A stretch of DNA of 64,000 bases from Dehalococcoidia bacterium (GCA_034436215.1 DAOTVU010000029.1:25007-89006); one strand, 5' to 3'. Counted from the first letter of the stretch, positions 40,297 to 48,857 are shown. Notes: generated by a model from the sequence alone, not told the origin. Made by a program: numbers and translations.

Positions 40297-41017
40297 AATC
40301 GTCAACATAATCATAAATAATGTTAGCTTTCAGGTTGAGAAGGGTATAACAATACTTCAGGCAGCACGAAAATTGGGAATTAAGATACCCACTCTTTGTG
40401 ACAATGAAGCGATTGAACCATATGGAGCCTGCCGATTATGCATTGTGGAATTAGAAAAAGGATCGCGAAATAGGATAGTGACTTCCTGTTTATATCCGGT
40501 TGAAGAAGGTTTAATAATCAAAACCGATACTGAGCGTGTTATACGAAACCGTAAAATGCTTCTGAGCTTATTATTGACACGTTGTTCAGAAAACAGGGTA
40601 ATAAAAGATCTGGCGGCCGAATACAGCATTGAAAGGCCACCTTTTAGAGAAAAATACTGGGAGAAAAATGACTGTATTGTTTGTGGTTTGTGTGTGCGTG
40701 CATGCGAGCAGATAGTCGGAGTAAGCGCTATAAGTCTGGTTAATCGTGGAATATCCAAGGAACCGGCTCCTCCCTTTCTCGAAAAAGCGAAGGCCTGCAT
40801 AGGTTGCGGTTCATGTTATTATGTCTGTCCTACCAACGCCATAAAAATGGAAGATAGAAACGGTATACGTCGTATATATAACTGGAAAGTAGAGTTTAAA
40901 CTTAAGAGATGTTCCAAGTGCGGCATCCCCTGGGCTCCCGAGGCTCAGCTTAATTACATAATTAAAAAATGGGATTTGCCGGATAACATTTTTGATCTGT
41001 GTCCCAACTGCAGATAA
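40289..41017 (+). CDS. Fe-S protein resembling only the N-terminal part of NuoG/HydA (2Fe-2S plus two ferredoxin-type clusters), no catalytic domain
   Basis: 2Fe-2S ferredoxin motif C-x10-C-x2-C (CDNEAIEPYGACRLC) plus a later Cys. Ferredoxin-type motifs CIVCGLCVRAC and CIGCGSCYYVCP. C-terminal CSKC...CPNC pair. TTG start lies 9 nt after GGGAG and overlaps the upstream stop by 8 nt. Confidence 0.75.
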   Translation: MSEIVNIIINNVSFQVEKGITILQAARKLGIKIPTLCDNEAIEPYGACRLCIVELEKGSRNRIVTSCLYPVEEGLIIKTDTERVIRNRKMLLSLLLTRCSENRVIKDLAAEYSIERPPFREKYWEKNDCIVCGLCVRACEQIVGVSAISLVNRGISKEPAPPFLEKAKACIGCGSCYYVCPTNAIKMEDRNGIRRIYNWKVEFKLKRCSKCGIPWAPEAQLNYIIKKWDLPDNIFDLCPNCR

Positions 41018-41104
41018 AATCGCTAATAAGCGCTCTTTCATTATTAACACCTGTTGTTATTTTTAATTTTTACTATACTGCTTGACAATTTATAATTAAA
41101 TGTT

Positions 41105-41116
41105 GTACACTTGTTC
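41105..41116 (+). promoter_or_regulatory. candidate LexA operator (Cheo-box-like)
   Basis: GTACacttGTTC matches GAAC-N4-GTTC with one mismatch. It lies 33 bp upstream of the lexA ATG. Confidence 0.4.
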
Positions 41117-41148
41117 TTAATACAAATGTGCAACGTTACGGATGTTAT

Positions 41149-41775
41149 ATGAGAAAACCTGGTGTAAATCAAACACGACAGCGTATTATAGAATATATAA
41201 GAGATTTTTATGATGAACGGGGTTATGCGCCCACAGTTCGAGATATTATGAGGGGCTGCGATTTGAGTTCTACTGCTGTTGTGCAGCATCATTTGAAAGT
41301 TCTGGAAAACGAGCATCAGATAGAACGTGATTCGAAAGTATTTAGAAGCATCCAACTACCCGATAGAAAAAATACAATACGTGTACCTATCCTGGGTAAA
41401 ATTGCTGCCGGTTTGCCGATACCGGTTCTATCATCTGAATCTTGGCGCAATGACGCGACAGATACTCTCGAATTGTCCTCTGAAATTACGAAGGGGAAAG
41501 AGGTATTTGCTCTGAAAGTGAGTGGCCAGTCGATGATTGATGCTCTTATTGATGATGGTGATATAGTATTAATGGAGCAGGTTAAGGATGTAAATAATGG
41601 CGATATGGTTGCGGCGTGGTTGAAACGCGAAGAAGAAGTGACGCTAAAAAGATTTTATTATGAGGGTAGTCGCATACGTCTTCAACCTGCTAACAGCCAG
41701 ATGAAACCTATATTTACAACTTCAGACAATATAGAAATTCAGGGCAGGGTTGTTGCGGTAATAAGAACTCTATGA
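41149..41775 (+). CDS. lexA: LexA repressor
   Basis: N-terminal winged-HTH (YAPTVRDIM), Ala-Gly cleavage site (KIAAGLP), and S24 peptidase Ser (GQSM) and Lys (TLKRF). I use ATG 41149. Confidence 0.9.
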   Translation: MRKPGVNQTRQRIIEYIRDFYDERGYAPTVRDIMRGCDLSSTAVVQHHLKVLENEHQIERDSKVFRSIQLPDRKNTIRVPILGKIAAGLPIPVLSSESWRNDATDTLELSSEITKGKEVFALKVSGQSMIDALIDDGDIVLMEQVKDVNNGDMVAAWLKREEEVTLKRFYYEGSRIRLQPANSQMKPIFTTSDNIEIQGRVVAVIRTL

Positions 41776-41791
41776 GTATTTGAAAGAGTTC

Positions 41792-43237
41792 CTAAACTTT
41801 TTCCCAGTATGAGCTCAAATTTGATAGGGCTCTTATCGCCCTTAACATTGAAGGTACCACATATATTCCTGCATGCAATAATTTATCTCTGACCTGTCTT
41901 CTTGATATTTCTATCCCAATGCGATTCTGTCCGTATGCCAAATCCTCAAGTACAACGATTACCGGTTTGGTATTAGATCTTTGTTTGAATTCTATTATTG
42001 TATCCACTCTCTTATTCTGTTCGGGCACATCTTCATTCATTAATTCTTTCATCCCGTAAAAGAACATGCGGTTTACGATAATGGCATCTATGTTATCCCA
42101 TTTACAGGCGATTTCGAGCACGTTTCTTAATATGCTTGAAGGAGCGGAGGGTGCGCCTATATCAAAAGGATTCTTATTACTTGTGCCCTGCTGTGGCAAG
42201 AACTCTGAAATTTCTTTTTGAATGGAATCGGTAGCATGAGGGATCTTCATGCCGTATTTTTCACAAATGTCGCTGGCGGATACTCCTACACCACCACCAC
42301 CACCAATTATCGCCAGCTTCCTGTAATTTGCCGGCGGAATGTATTTAAAAATAGCGATAGTATCAAGCAGCTCTTCAAAATCGTGTACTTTTACGGCACC
42401 TGATTGTTTGAAAAAAGCTTCCCACACTTCTTTGTTACCTGCTATTGAACCTGTATGGCTGCTAACCGCACGTTTTCCTGTCTCTGAAAGGCCTCCTTTC
42501 CAGATTATAACCGGTTTTTTACCCAACAGGCTTCTCACAATTTTTATAAAAAGTCTTCCGTCTTTTACACCTTCCAGATACGCTCCAATAATATCGGTTT
42601 CAGAATCATATTTGAAGTACTCCATTAATGAAATCTCATCTACGTCAATTCCGTTCCCATAACTGACCACTTTACTGAAAAAGATGTTGAAAGCGTCAGA
42701 GCTCCAGATAAGATCGGTTACCCAGCCGCCACTTTGAGATATGATTCCTATATTTCCACTTTTTTTAGGGTACGTTGCTCCGGGTAACAGTGTAAGACCC
42801 CCTTTAGGTGAGTACACGCCAAAGCAATTAGGTCCTACGATTCGGATTTTTCCTTTTGCAATTTTAATTATAGCTTCCTCCAATTTACGACCAGCATCGC
42901 CTACCTCGCGGAAACCCGCTGAAAATATCTCCGCAGCAGGAATACCTTTTTCGACGCAATCAGAGATGATCTGGGGAACCGTATGAGCAGGAGCAGAGAT
43001 GATTGCCATGTCAACGGTATCAGGTATGGCCTTAACGTTGGGAAATGCTTTTAAACCGCATATTTCATTAGCAGTTGGATGCACAGGATAAATTTTTCCA
43101 TCATACCCAAATATTTGAAATACGCGTAAGAACTGGTTTCCAGCGCTGTTACTTCTTTGTGAAACACCGAAAAAAGCAATTGATCTGGGATAGAATAGCG
43201 GTTTGAATTCCTCAAGAAGATTATTTGACATTACCAT
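41792..43237 (-). CDS. ADP-forming acyl-CoA synthetase alpha-type / CoA-binding protein (stand-alone, ~480 aa)
   Basis: Motifs SIAFFGVS, IVGPNCFG, ISQSGG, His loop AVSSHTGSIAG and IIGGGGGVG. A GGAG abuts ATG 43237, so the ATG at 43231 may be the real start. Confidence 0.82.
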   Translation of the reverse strand: MVMSNNLLEEFKPLFYPRSIAFFGVSQRSNSAGNQFLRVFQIFGYDGKIYPVHPTANEICGLKAFPNVKAIPDTVDMAIISAPAHTVPQIISDCVEKGIPAAEIFSAGFREVGDAGRKLEEAIIKIAKGKIRIVGPNCFGVYSPKGGLTLLPGATYPKKSGNIGIISQSGGWVTDLIWSSDAFNIFFSKVVSYGNGIDVDEISLMEYFKYDSETDIIGAYLEGVKDGRLFIKIVRSLLGKKPVIIWKGGLSETGKRAVSSHTGSIAGNKEVWEAFFKQSGAVKVHDFEELLDTIAIFKYIPPANYRKLAIIGGGGGVGVSASDICEKYGMKIPHATDSIQKEISEFLPQQGTSNKNPFDIGAPSAPSSILRNVLEIACKWDNIDAIIVNRMFFYGMKELMNEDVPEQNKRVDTIIEFKQRSNTKPVIVVLEDLAYGQNRIGIEISRRQVRDKLLHAGIYVVPSMLRAIRALSNLSSYWEKV

Positions 43238-43378
43238 CTCCTAGATGTGCGTATAAATTGACTAAATATTATAAGATAAAGCTTGTCAAATAGATAATAA
43301 ATTGCATGATTATTGGCTTTTTCATTCTTATTTTAAATATCCGCACCAACAAACAAGAGCTGTATAGATCAAAATTGT

Positions 43379-43419
43379 GAGCCTGTTGGCTTGACAATTT
43401 GAGCCAATAGGCTCATACT
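43379..43419 (+). promoter_or_regulatory. inverted repeat overlapping a candidate promoter in the divergent intergenic region
   Basis: gagcctgttggc (43379-90) and gccaataggctc (43403-14) are 12-bp inverted arms with one mismatch. They flank TTGACA (43391-96). CATACT follows at 43414-19, after a 17-nt spacer. Confidence 0.4.
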
Positions 43420-43481
43420 TAAAATAATAGTACTAAAGTACTGGTACTTATTTGCTATTGCATATGAATGGTTCATATATA

Positions 43482-43901
43482 ATGAAACGTTTGTTGGTAT
43501 GGCTGGGGTTTATGGCATTATCCGCCATTATTTTGGTGGGAATGTCGATGGCAATACCTTCAATAATTAATGCGGACAGCTCACAATCAATTACTGCACC
43601 CTCTGACTTTATTAAATCGTATTATCAGGCCTTAACAAATCCACTAAATAAAGCCGCTTCCGAAGTTAAAGATCCTGAAATCGGGCAATTTTCCAGGAAA
43701 CTGATTAATTCATATAACCTCGAAAGTATAAGCACGACTGATCCAGATAAAGCCGAACTTTATAATCTGGTGCCCGATATTGCGGCAATACAGAAGAATG
43801 CTTTACGAACAACACTCACAGAAGCCGGGAAAACCTTAAAAGATAAAGATCTGTCCGAATTTTACCAGCGTTTTCTATCCAATAGCGGTTTAGATAAATA
43901 A
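43482..43901 (+). CDS. hypothetical small secreted protein (139 aa)
   Basis: ATG 43482. N-terminal signal peptide MKRLLVWLGFMALSAIILVGMSMA with an AxA-like cleavage context (INA-DS). I recognise no family motif. Confidence 0.6.
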   Translation: MKRLLVWLGFMALSAIILVGMSMAIPSIINADSSQSITAPSDFIKSYYQALTNPLNKAASEVKDPEIGQFSRKLINSYNLESISTTDPDKAELYNLVPDIAAIQKNALRTTLTEAGKTLKDKDLSEFYQRFLSNSGLDK

Positions 43902-44014
43902 TAATTATTATTATATCTTCTGAACTTATTATTGACATCCACTAGCCCGGCGGTTCTAATATAACTCTGTTGACCTTAATAATATCTTAGATTTATTATT
44001 TGTTTATTCTGAAA

Positions 44015-45811
44015 ATGGCCTGTCGATATTTTATTTTATCTATTATTATAATCCTGCCATTAATGATTGCGGGTTGTAATTGCAATTCAACAATCCATCA
44101 GAAACAATCAGGTATACAGTACGATTTACAGAAACACACAAGACCTATCAATACTGTTACTTACAGCGGTAACCGGCCTGCTGTCATTTACGTAATAAAT
44201 GAAATACAGGAAAATAAATTTAAGGATATTATCGATAGAATAATAAGAGTTTTTGCTGAGAGTGGTGTACCTGTAGATGTCGCTCTTCATCCATATTATA
44301 TCCTTAAAAATGAATCAGGTTACAATTTTCTTATTCCATATTCTGATTCGGGGCTCATCGATATAAGTCTGGACGGCAATGATATCAACTGGCTGGATAT
44401 TGATGCACCAAATGAAAGTGCTGCTTATAATACATTGAAAGAATTTATTGAAAATTATTCTAATTTTATCAATCAATACTTTGGCTATCGCCCAGTTTCA
44501 TGTATTTTTCCGTACGAATTATTTAATGAATATAACTATAAATTATTGCAGGAGACCGGTTTTAAAATTATCTCCTGCAAACAATCTGCTGTTTTTGTAC
44601 CATCGAGAAAGCCGTTAAATTGGGCTGGCAAAGTGGATCAAGAGGGTTTATACAGGCTCCCTATAATCAGTGCAGCAAACTATCCAGCAACTAACCCTCT
44701 TGAAATTTCAGCGACAACGACCAATAGAGATGTTAATGAAAATATTTTGAATGATATAAATATTGGTTTAAACATCATTGGCGTTGCGGTTATATCTATC
44801 GAACCGGACGATTTTGTTGACAGCGAAGGCAAAATTAATATCATAAAGATTCAACAACTTGCAGATCTTGTCAATAGAAGTAAAAATTACGGTGAAATCG
44901 TAACATTCAGCGGCTGGAGCCGTTATTCATCAAAATATATTGGTATAACTCAAAATAAATCGAGGGTACTGCCTGCATATAACGGCGGCCCTGCTGTTAT
45001 TTTCAGACTTGATGATGTGTGTAAAAACTGGTATGAGGACATCGACAAAGCTCTGATCGAAATGTTTAAAGAAAACGGAGTACCTGTGGATTGTGGAGTT
45101 ATATCAAATGCAAATGGAATCGATTCCTACGAATTACCCTGGCTGAAAAAGTATTTTGAAGAAGGAGCAGTTGGCATTAGCCTTCATGGTTTCGATTGGA
45201 CTTACTATCAATTGGATACTACAAAATCAAATCTTACTTTTGAGGAAATCAAATCTAAATTACTAAGATCTCGTGACAGTTTTCTTGCATACTATGGTGT
45301 AGAGCCAGTTGCCATTACTGTTCCAACGGATTTTTATGATAAGTCTGGGTATCAGGCAGTAGTGGAAACTGGATTTAAGATATTTTCAACGCAGGTTGCA
45401 ATCGAACCTCACCCGTCAAACGTGATGGTTGACTATGAAGGTAAAAAAACGCCTTTCGGTTTGTACAGGCTCCCAACTGCCTCTGATGTTTGTGCCTGGG
45501 ACAATATCACTCAAAGATTTACAGAACCTTTTGATATAAGCAAATTAACCAAGGTCAATAATTATTGCAATTATTACAATGCTCTTTCTACCACAATAAC
45601 CGATGACACATTTGGTTATATGCTGTGCAGCGAACTTTCTTCACTTGGTGTAGCCGTGGTGAGTCTGCATCCCACAGCTTTCGTAGATACGAGTGGTAAT
45701 CCCGATTATGCCAAATTACAAAAAATTGATGCCATTATCAAGTGGGTTAAATCATTTGCCTCAATAACAACATTCGAGCAATGGCATAATTTTTATGCAT
45801 TGACCAAGTAG
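44015..45811 (+). CDS. lipoprotein with two tandem polysaccharide-deacetylase/DUF2334-like repeats (second intact, first degenerate)
   Basis: Lipobox MIAGC. Internal duplication at about 44171-44930 and 44984-45800 with shared blocks PAVI, GVPVD, ISL-G-D, ETGFKI and LYRLP. Only repeat 2 keeps RLDDV and SLHGFDW. The family call rests on short motifs. Confidence 0.6.
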   Translation: MACRYFILSIIIILPLMIAGCNCNSTIHQKQSGIQYDLQKHTRPINTVTYSGNRPAVIYVINEIQENKFKDIIDRIIRVFAESGVPVDVALHPYYILKNESGYNFLIPYSDSGLIDISLDGNDINWLDIDAPNESAAYNTLKEFIENYSNFINQYFGYRPVSCIFPYELFNEYNYKLLQETGFKIISCKQSAVFVPSRKPLNWAGKVDQEGLYRLPIISAANYPATNPLEISATTTNRDVNENILNDINIGLNIIGVAVISIEPDDFVDSEGKINIIKIQQLADLVNRSKNYGEIVTFSGWSRYSSKYIGITQNKSRVLPAYNGGPAVIFRLDDVCKNWYEDIDKALIEMFKENGVPVDCGVISNANGIDSYELPWLKKYFEEGAVGISLHGFDWTYYQLDTTKSNLTFEEIKSKLLRSRDSFLAYYGVEPVAITVPTDFYDKSGYQAVVETGFKIFSTQVAIEPHPSNVMVDYEGKKTPFGLYRLPTASDVCAWDNITQRFTEPFDISKLTKVNNYCNYYNALSTTITDDTFGYMLCSELSSLGVAVVSLHPTAFVDTSGNPDYAKLQKIDAIIKWVKSFASITTFEQWHNFYALTK

Positions 45812-45840
45812 TATATTTCTGGACCTGAACTATACACAAG

Positions 45841-45913
45841 TCGGGGTGAGTGGATTTGAACCACCGACCTCATGGTCCCAAACCATGCGCGCTAACCGCT
45901 GCGCTACACCCCG
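45841..45913 (-). tRNA. tRNA-Pro (anticodon TGG)
   Basis: Hand-folded. Acceptor CGGGGTG/CACCCCG, anticodon stem CATGG/CCATG, loop TTTGGGA and T-loop TTCAAAT. CCA is not encoded. Confidence 0.88.
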
Positions 45914-46190
45914 GTGATCAAAAGTATAGAATTCTACAGGATATAACGTCAAGAATATTTAAATGCCTTTATTGTTAACATCTATATACGAATTTGCAAT
46001 TGATACCCCGATATATCGTTGGAAGTTTTTCACTATAAAACACTATAAAAATGAGGGCTGACTAAAAATATTGGGCAGCATATTAATATCAGATATTGAC
46101 AGCTTTGCTATAATTCAACTTGTATGAATTTTTGTTTTCTATTTATATGTCCGAAGATTTACCGGTAAAATCAGATAATTAATTTTAATT

Positions 46191-47411
46191 GTGAGGGGTA
46201 AGTTGCAGGAATATCGGATATACAGGTACAGGTGGGTGGTTCTTGTTATTTATATGTCTTTAGCCGCTCTAACACAGCTTTACTGGCTCAATTTCGCTGC
46301 TATTGAAACTTATATGGAGAAACGCCTTCAGATAACCGCCGGTGATGTAATGTGGTTTACATTGATATTTCCTGTTATTCAAGTATTGCTAACAATACCT
46401 GCAGGGATGCTTATAGATAAGAAGGGGTTTAAATATGGAATAGGTATAGGTGCAATATTCACCGGGTTTTTCGCCCTTATAAGATTGATTAATCCCGTGT
46501 CCTACTGGGTTTTGCTACTTTCGCAGATAGGAATTTCGATAGGTCAGCCATTTGTTTTAAATGGCGTGACAAAATTAGCGATAACTTGGTTTTCACCGAA
46601 AGAAGAAGCTACAGCAGTGGGTCTTGGTTCACTTGCCCTATTTATAGGAATGATGATTGCATTAGGATTAACACCGTTTCTGGTACAAAGTATTGGATAT
46701 GAGCTTATGCTGCTTATTTATGGGCTCTTAGGAGCGTCCATTGCACTGGCATTTATTATGTTTGTAAAGCCCTATCCTCCCACGCCAACCAGGAAATACG
46801 ATGAGGCCGCCACAATTTCAAGCTGGGGATGCCTCAAACATATATTAAAAATCAGGGATTTTGTAATCCTTGGTTTTATAGCAATGGCTGGAATAGGGGT
46901 CTTTAATGGTCTTGCTACGTGGCTTGAGAAGATCCTTTATGAACTACATAAAATATCCATGACTGACGCAGGTACCATATCAGGTTTATTGATATTAAGT
47001 GGCATGGCAGGTTGTATTGCCATACCGGTTATTTCAGATAGGATAAAAAGAAGAAAGCCATTTATTATAACAGCATCCTTTGTAGGCGCAATATGTATAC
47101 TATTGCTAATATTCGCTCAAAGCTATTATGCCAACCTCGTAAACGGTTTATTCCTCGGTTTCTTTCTCATTGCAGCTCTTCCGATAATGCTAACCATGTC
47201 GGCTGAAATAACGGGTCCGGAATATGCGGGCATATCAGTTGGATATCTCCAATTATTGGGAAACGTAGCCGCTGTTCTTCTGGTTGTGGGTATGGAAGAA
47301 TTGAGGGCTGTCACAGGTCAATTTACAGCATCCTTATTATTACTGGTCTGTCTGCTTTCGCTTTCACTAATACTTTCGATCGTAATTAAAGATACGAGAC
47401 CTCAAAGCTAA
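46191..47411 (+). CDS. MFS transporter
   Basis: About 12 hydrophobic segments in a 6+6 arrangement with a central basic loop. The start is GTG 46191 or TTG 46203 after GAGGGG. Confidence 0.75.
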   Translation: MRGKLQEYRIYRYRWVVLVIYMSLAALTQLYWLNFAAIETYMEKRLQITAGDVMWFTLIFPVIQVLLTIPAGMLIDKKGFKYGIGIGAIFTGFFALIRLINPVSYWVLLLSQIGISIGQPFVLNGVTKLAITWFSPKEEATAVGLGSLALFIGMMIALGLTPFLVQSIGYELMLLIYGLLGASIALAFIMFVKPYPPTPTRKYDEAATISSWGCLKHILKIRDFVILGFIAMAGIGVFNGLATWLEKILYELHKISMTDAGTISGLLILSGMAGCIAIPVISDRIKRRKPFIITASFVGAICILLLIFAQSYYANLVNGLFLGFFLIAALPIMLTMSAEITGPEYAGISVGYLQLLGNVAAVLLVVGMEELRAVTGQFTASLLLLVCLLSLSLILSIVIKDTRPQS

Positions 47412-47471
47412 AGAGACATTGTCCTGCATATTTAATTTTATAGCCTGTTTGTCCAATACAGCTTTAAGAAA

Positions 47472-48752
47472 TTAATTATCGATTTCTATGGCAGTTCCTT
47501 TTAACGCCCATGGAGTTGCGGACTCAACCCGTACAGTAACCAGTTTACCCGTGATATCTCCATCAAATGGAAAGAATACGATTTTATCGTTATACGTTCT
47601 GCCGAACCAGTTGTGATCCTTTTTACCTTCTACAAGCACTTCAAGATCCTTACCAATCAGATTTGTGTTAATTTCAAGGAGAATTTCATATTGAAGTGCT
47701 TCTATTGCATGAAGCCTTTGTCTTTTAACACTTTCATCGATATCATCGGTAAACTCAATGCTGGCTCGGGTACCTGGACGTGTTGAATAACTTGCAACAT
47801 GCACAGCATCGAATCTAAGTTCCTTCAGAGCATGATAGGTGTTAAAAAACTCGCCATCTGTTTCACCCGGAAAACCCACAATAACATCTGTGCTGATTGC
47901 AATATCCGGAACAACAGTTCTAATATCATAGATAAGTGATTTATATTCTGAATATGAATATGACCTGTTCATCAAATACAAAATATGATCATCTCCTGAT
48001 TGGAGTGGCAAACATAAATGATGGCATACCTTGTTCAGGGAAGCAATTGCCTCAATCAGGTCAGATTTCATGTCCTTTGGGTGATTAGTTAGAAATCTTA
48101 TACGTTTCAAGCCATCAATTCCATTTAATTGAGTAAGTAATTTACTTAGATCCGGTTTTTCTTCTATATCTTTTCCATAGGCATTAACATTCTGACCAAC
48201 GAGCACTATTTCCCGCGCCCCGGCTCCGACTAACCTTTCCGCCTGTTCCAGTATTTCCGATAATTTCCTGCTTCTCTCTCGTCCTCTTCTGTAAGGAACT
48301 ATACAATAAGAGCAAAAATTATTGCACCCCTGAATAATCGGCAAATAAACGCTAACAGGAACATTTTTCGGTTGAATATCGTTGATTTCCCCAGGGTGTG
48401 CAACGTATTCACTGAACAACCATTCCTTTAATTTATCGATTTCCCCCGGTTTGAAAAATAGATCGATATGAGGAAACAATTTTTTTAATAGTGCCATTTC
48501 GTCATGTACAAAACAGCCGGTTACGATGATCCGCATAACCGGATTATCTTTCTTTACACCCTTAAGGTAGCCGAGCATTCCCAGAACTTTATTTTCTGCA
48601 TGTTGGCGCACAACACAGGTATTTAAAACAACAACATCAGCCATATTTATTCTATTAATACGGCTCATTTTCAAAGTCTTAAAGCAATTTTCAATGTCAG
48701 ATGATTCTGCTTTATTCATCTGGCATCCCATCGTCCAGATGTAATAATTCAT
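47472..48752 (-). CDS. miaB: tRNA-2-methylthio-N6-dimethylallyladenosine synthase (methylthiotransferase)
   Basis: N-terminal MTTase Cys triad (MGCQMN, NTCVVR, TGCF), radical-SAM CNNFCSYC and a C-terminal TRAM-like domain. Confidence 0.88.
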   Translation of the reverse strand: MNYYIWTMGCQMNKAESSDIENCFKTLKMSRINRINMADVVVLNTCVVRQHAENKVLGMLGYLKGVKKDNPVMRIIVTGCFVHDEMALLKKLFPHIDLFFKPGEIDKLKEWLFSEYVAHPGEINDIQPKNVPVSVYLPIIQGCNNFCSYCIVPYRRGRERSRKLSEILEQAERLVGAGAREIVLVGQNVNAYGKDIEEKPDLSKLLTQLNGIDGLKRIRFLTNHPKDMKSDLIEAIASLNKVCHHLCLPLQSGDDHILYLMNRSYSYSEYKSLIYDIRTVVPDIAISTDVIVGFPGETDGEFFNTYHALKELRFDAVHVASYSTRPGTRASIEFTDDIDESVKRQRLHAIEALQYEILLEINTNLIGKDLEVLVEGKKDHNWFGRTYNDKIVFFPFDGDITGKLVTVRVESATPWALKGTAIEIDN

Positions 48753-48857
48753 AATAGTACCTGGTTTATTTTCATTTTTTGTGACCGTCGATGAACAAAT
48801 GTAATATGTGAAAAGGTATGGTAAAAAGCAAATATTCAGTGTAAATGAATTTATTCA

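Noticed and set aside
41044-41355. 103-aa minus-strand ORF overlapping the lexA promoter and 5' end
   Set aside because: It lies opposite a well-supported lexA. Its composition is hydrophobic and low-complexity, and I see no RBS.
46031-46050. Tandem 10-bp repeat cactataaaa x2
   Set aside because: There are only two copies, in an AT-rich spacer, and I can support no associated function.
46096-46114. TTGACA and TATAAT hexamers upstream of the MFS gene
   Set aside because: They are only 7 nt apart, which is incompatible with a sigma70 promoter.
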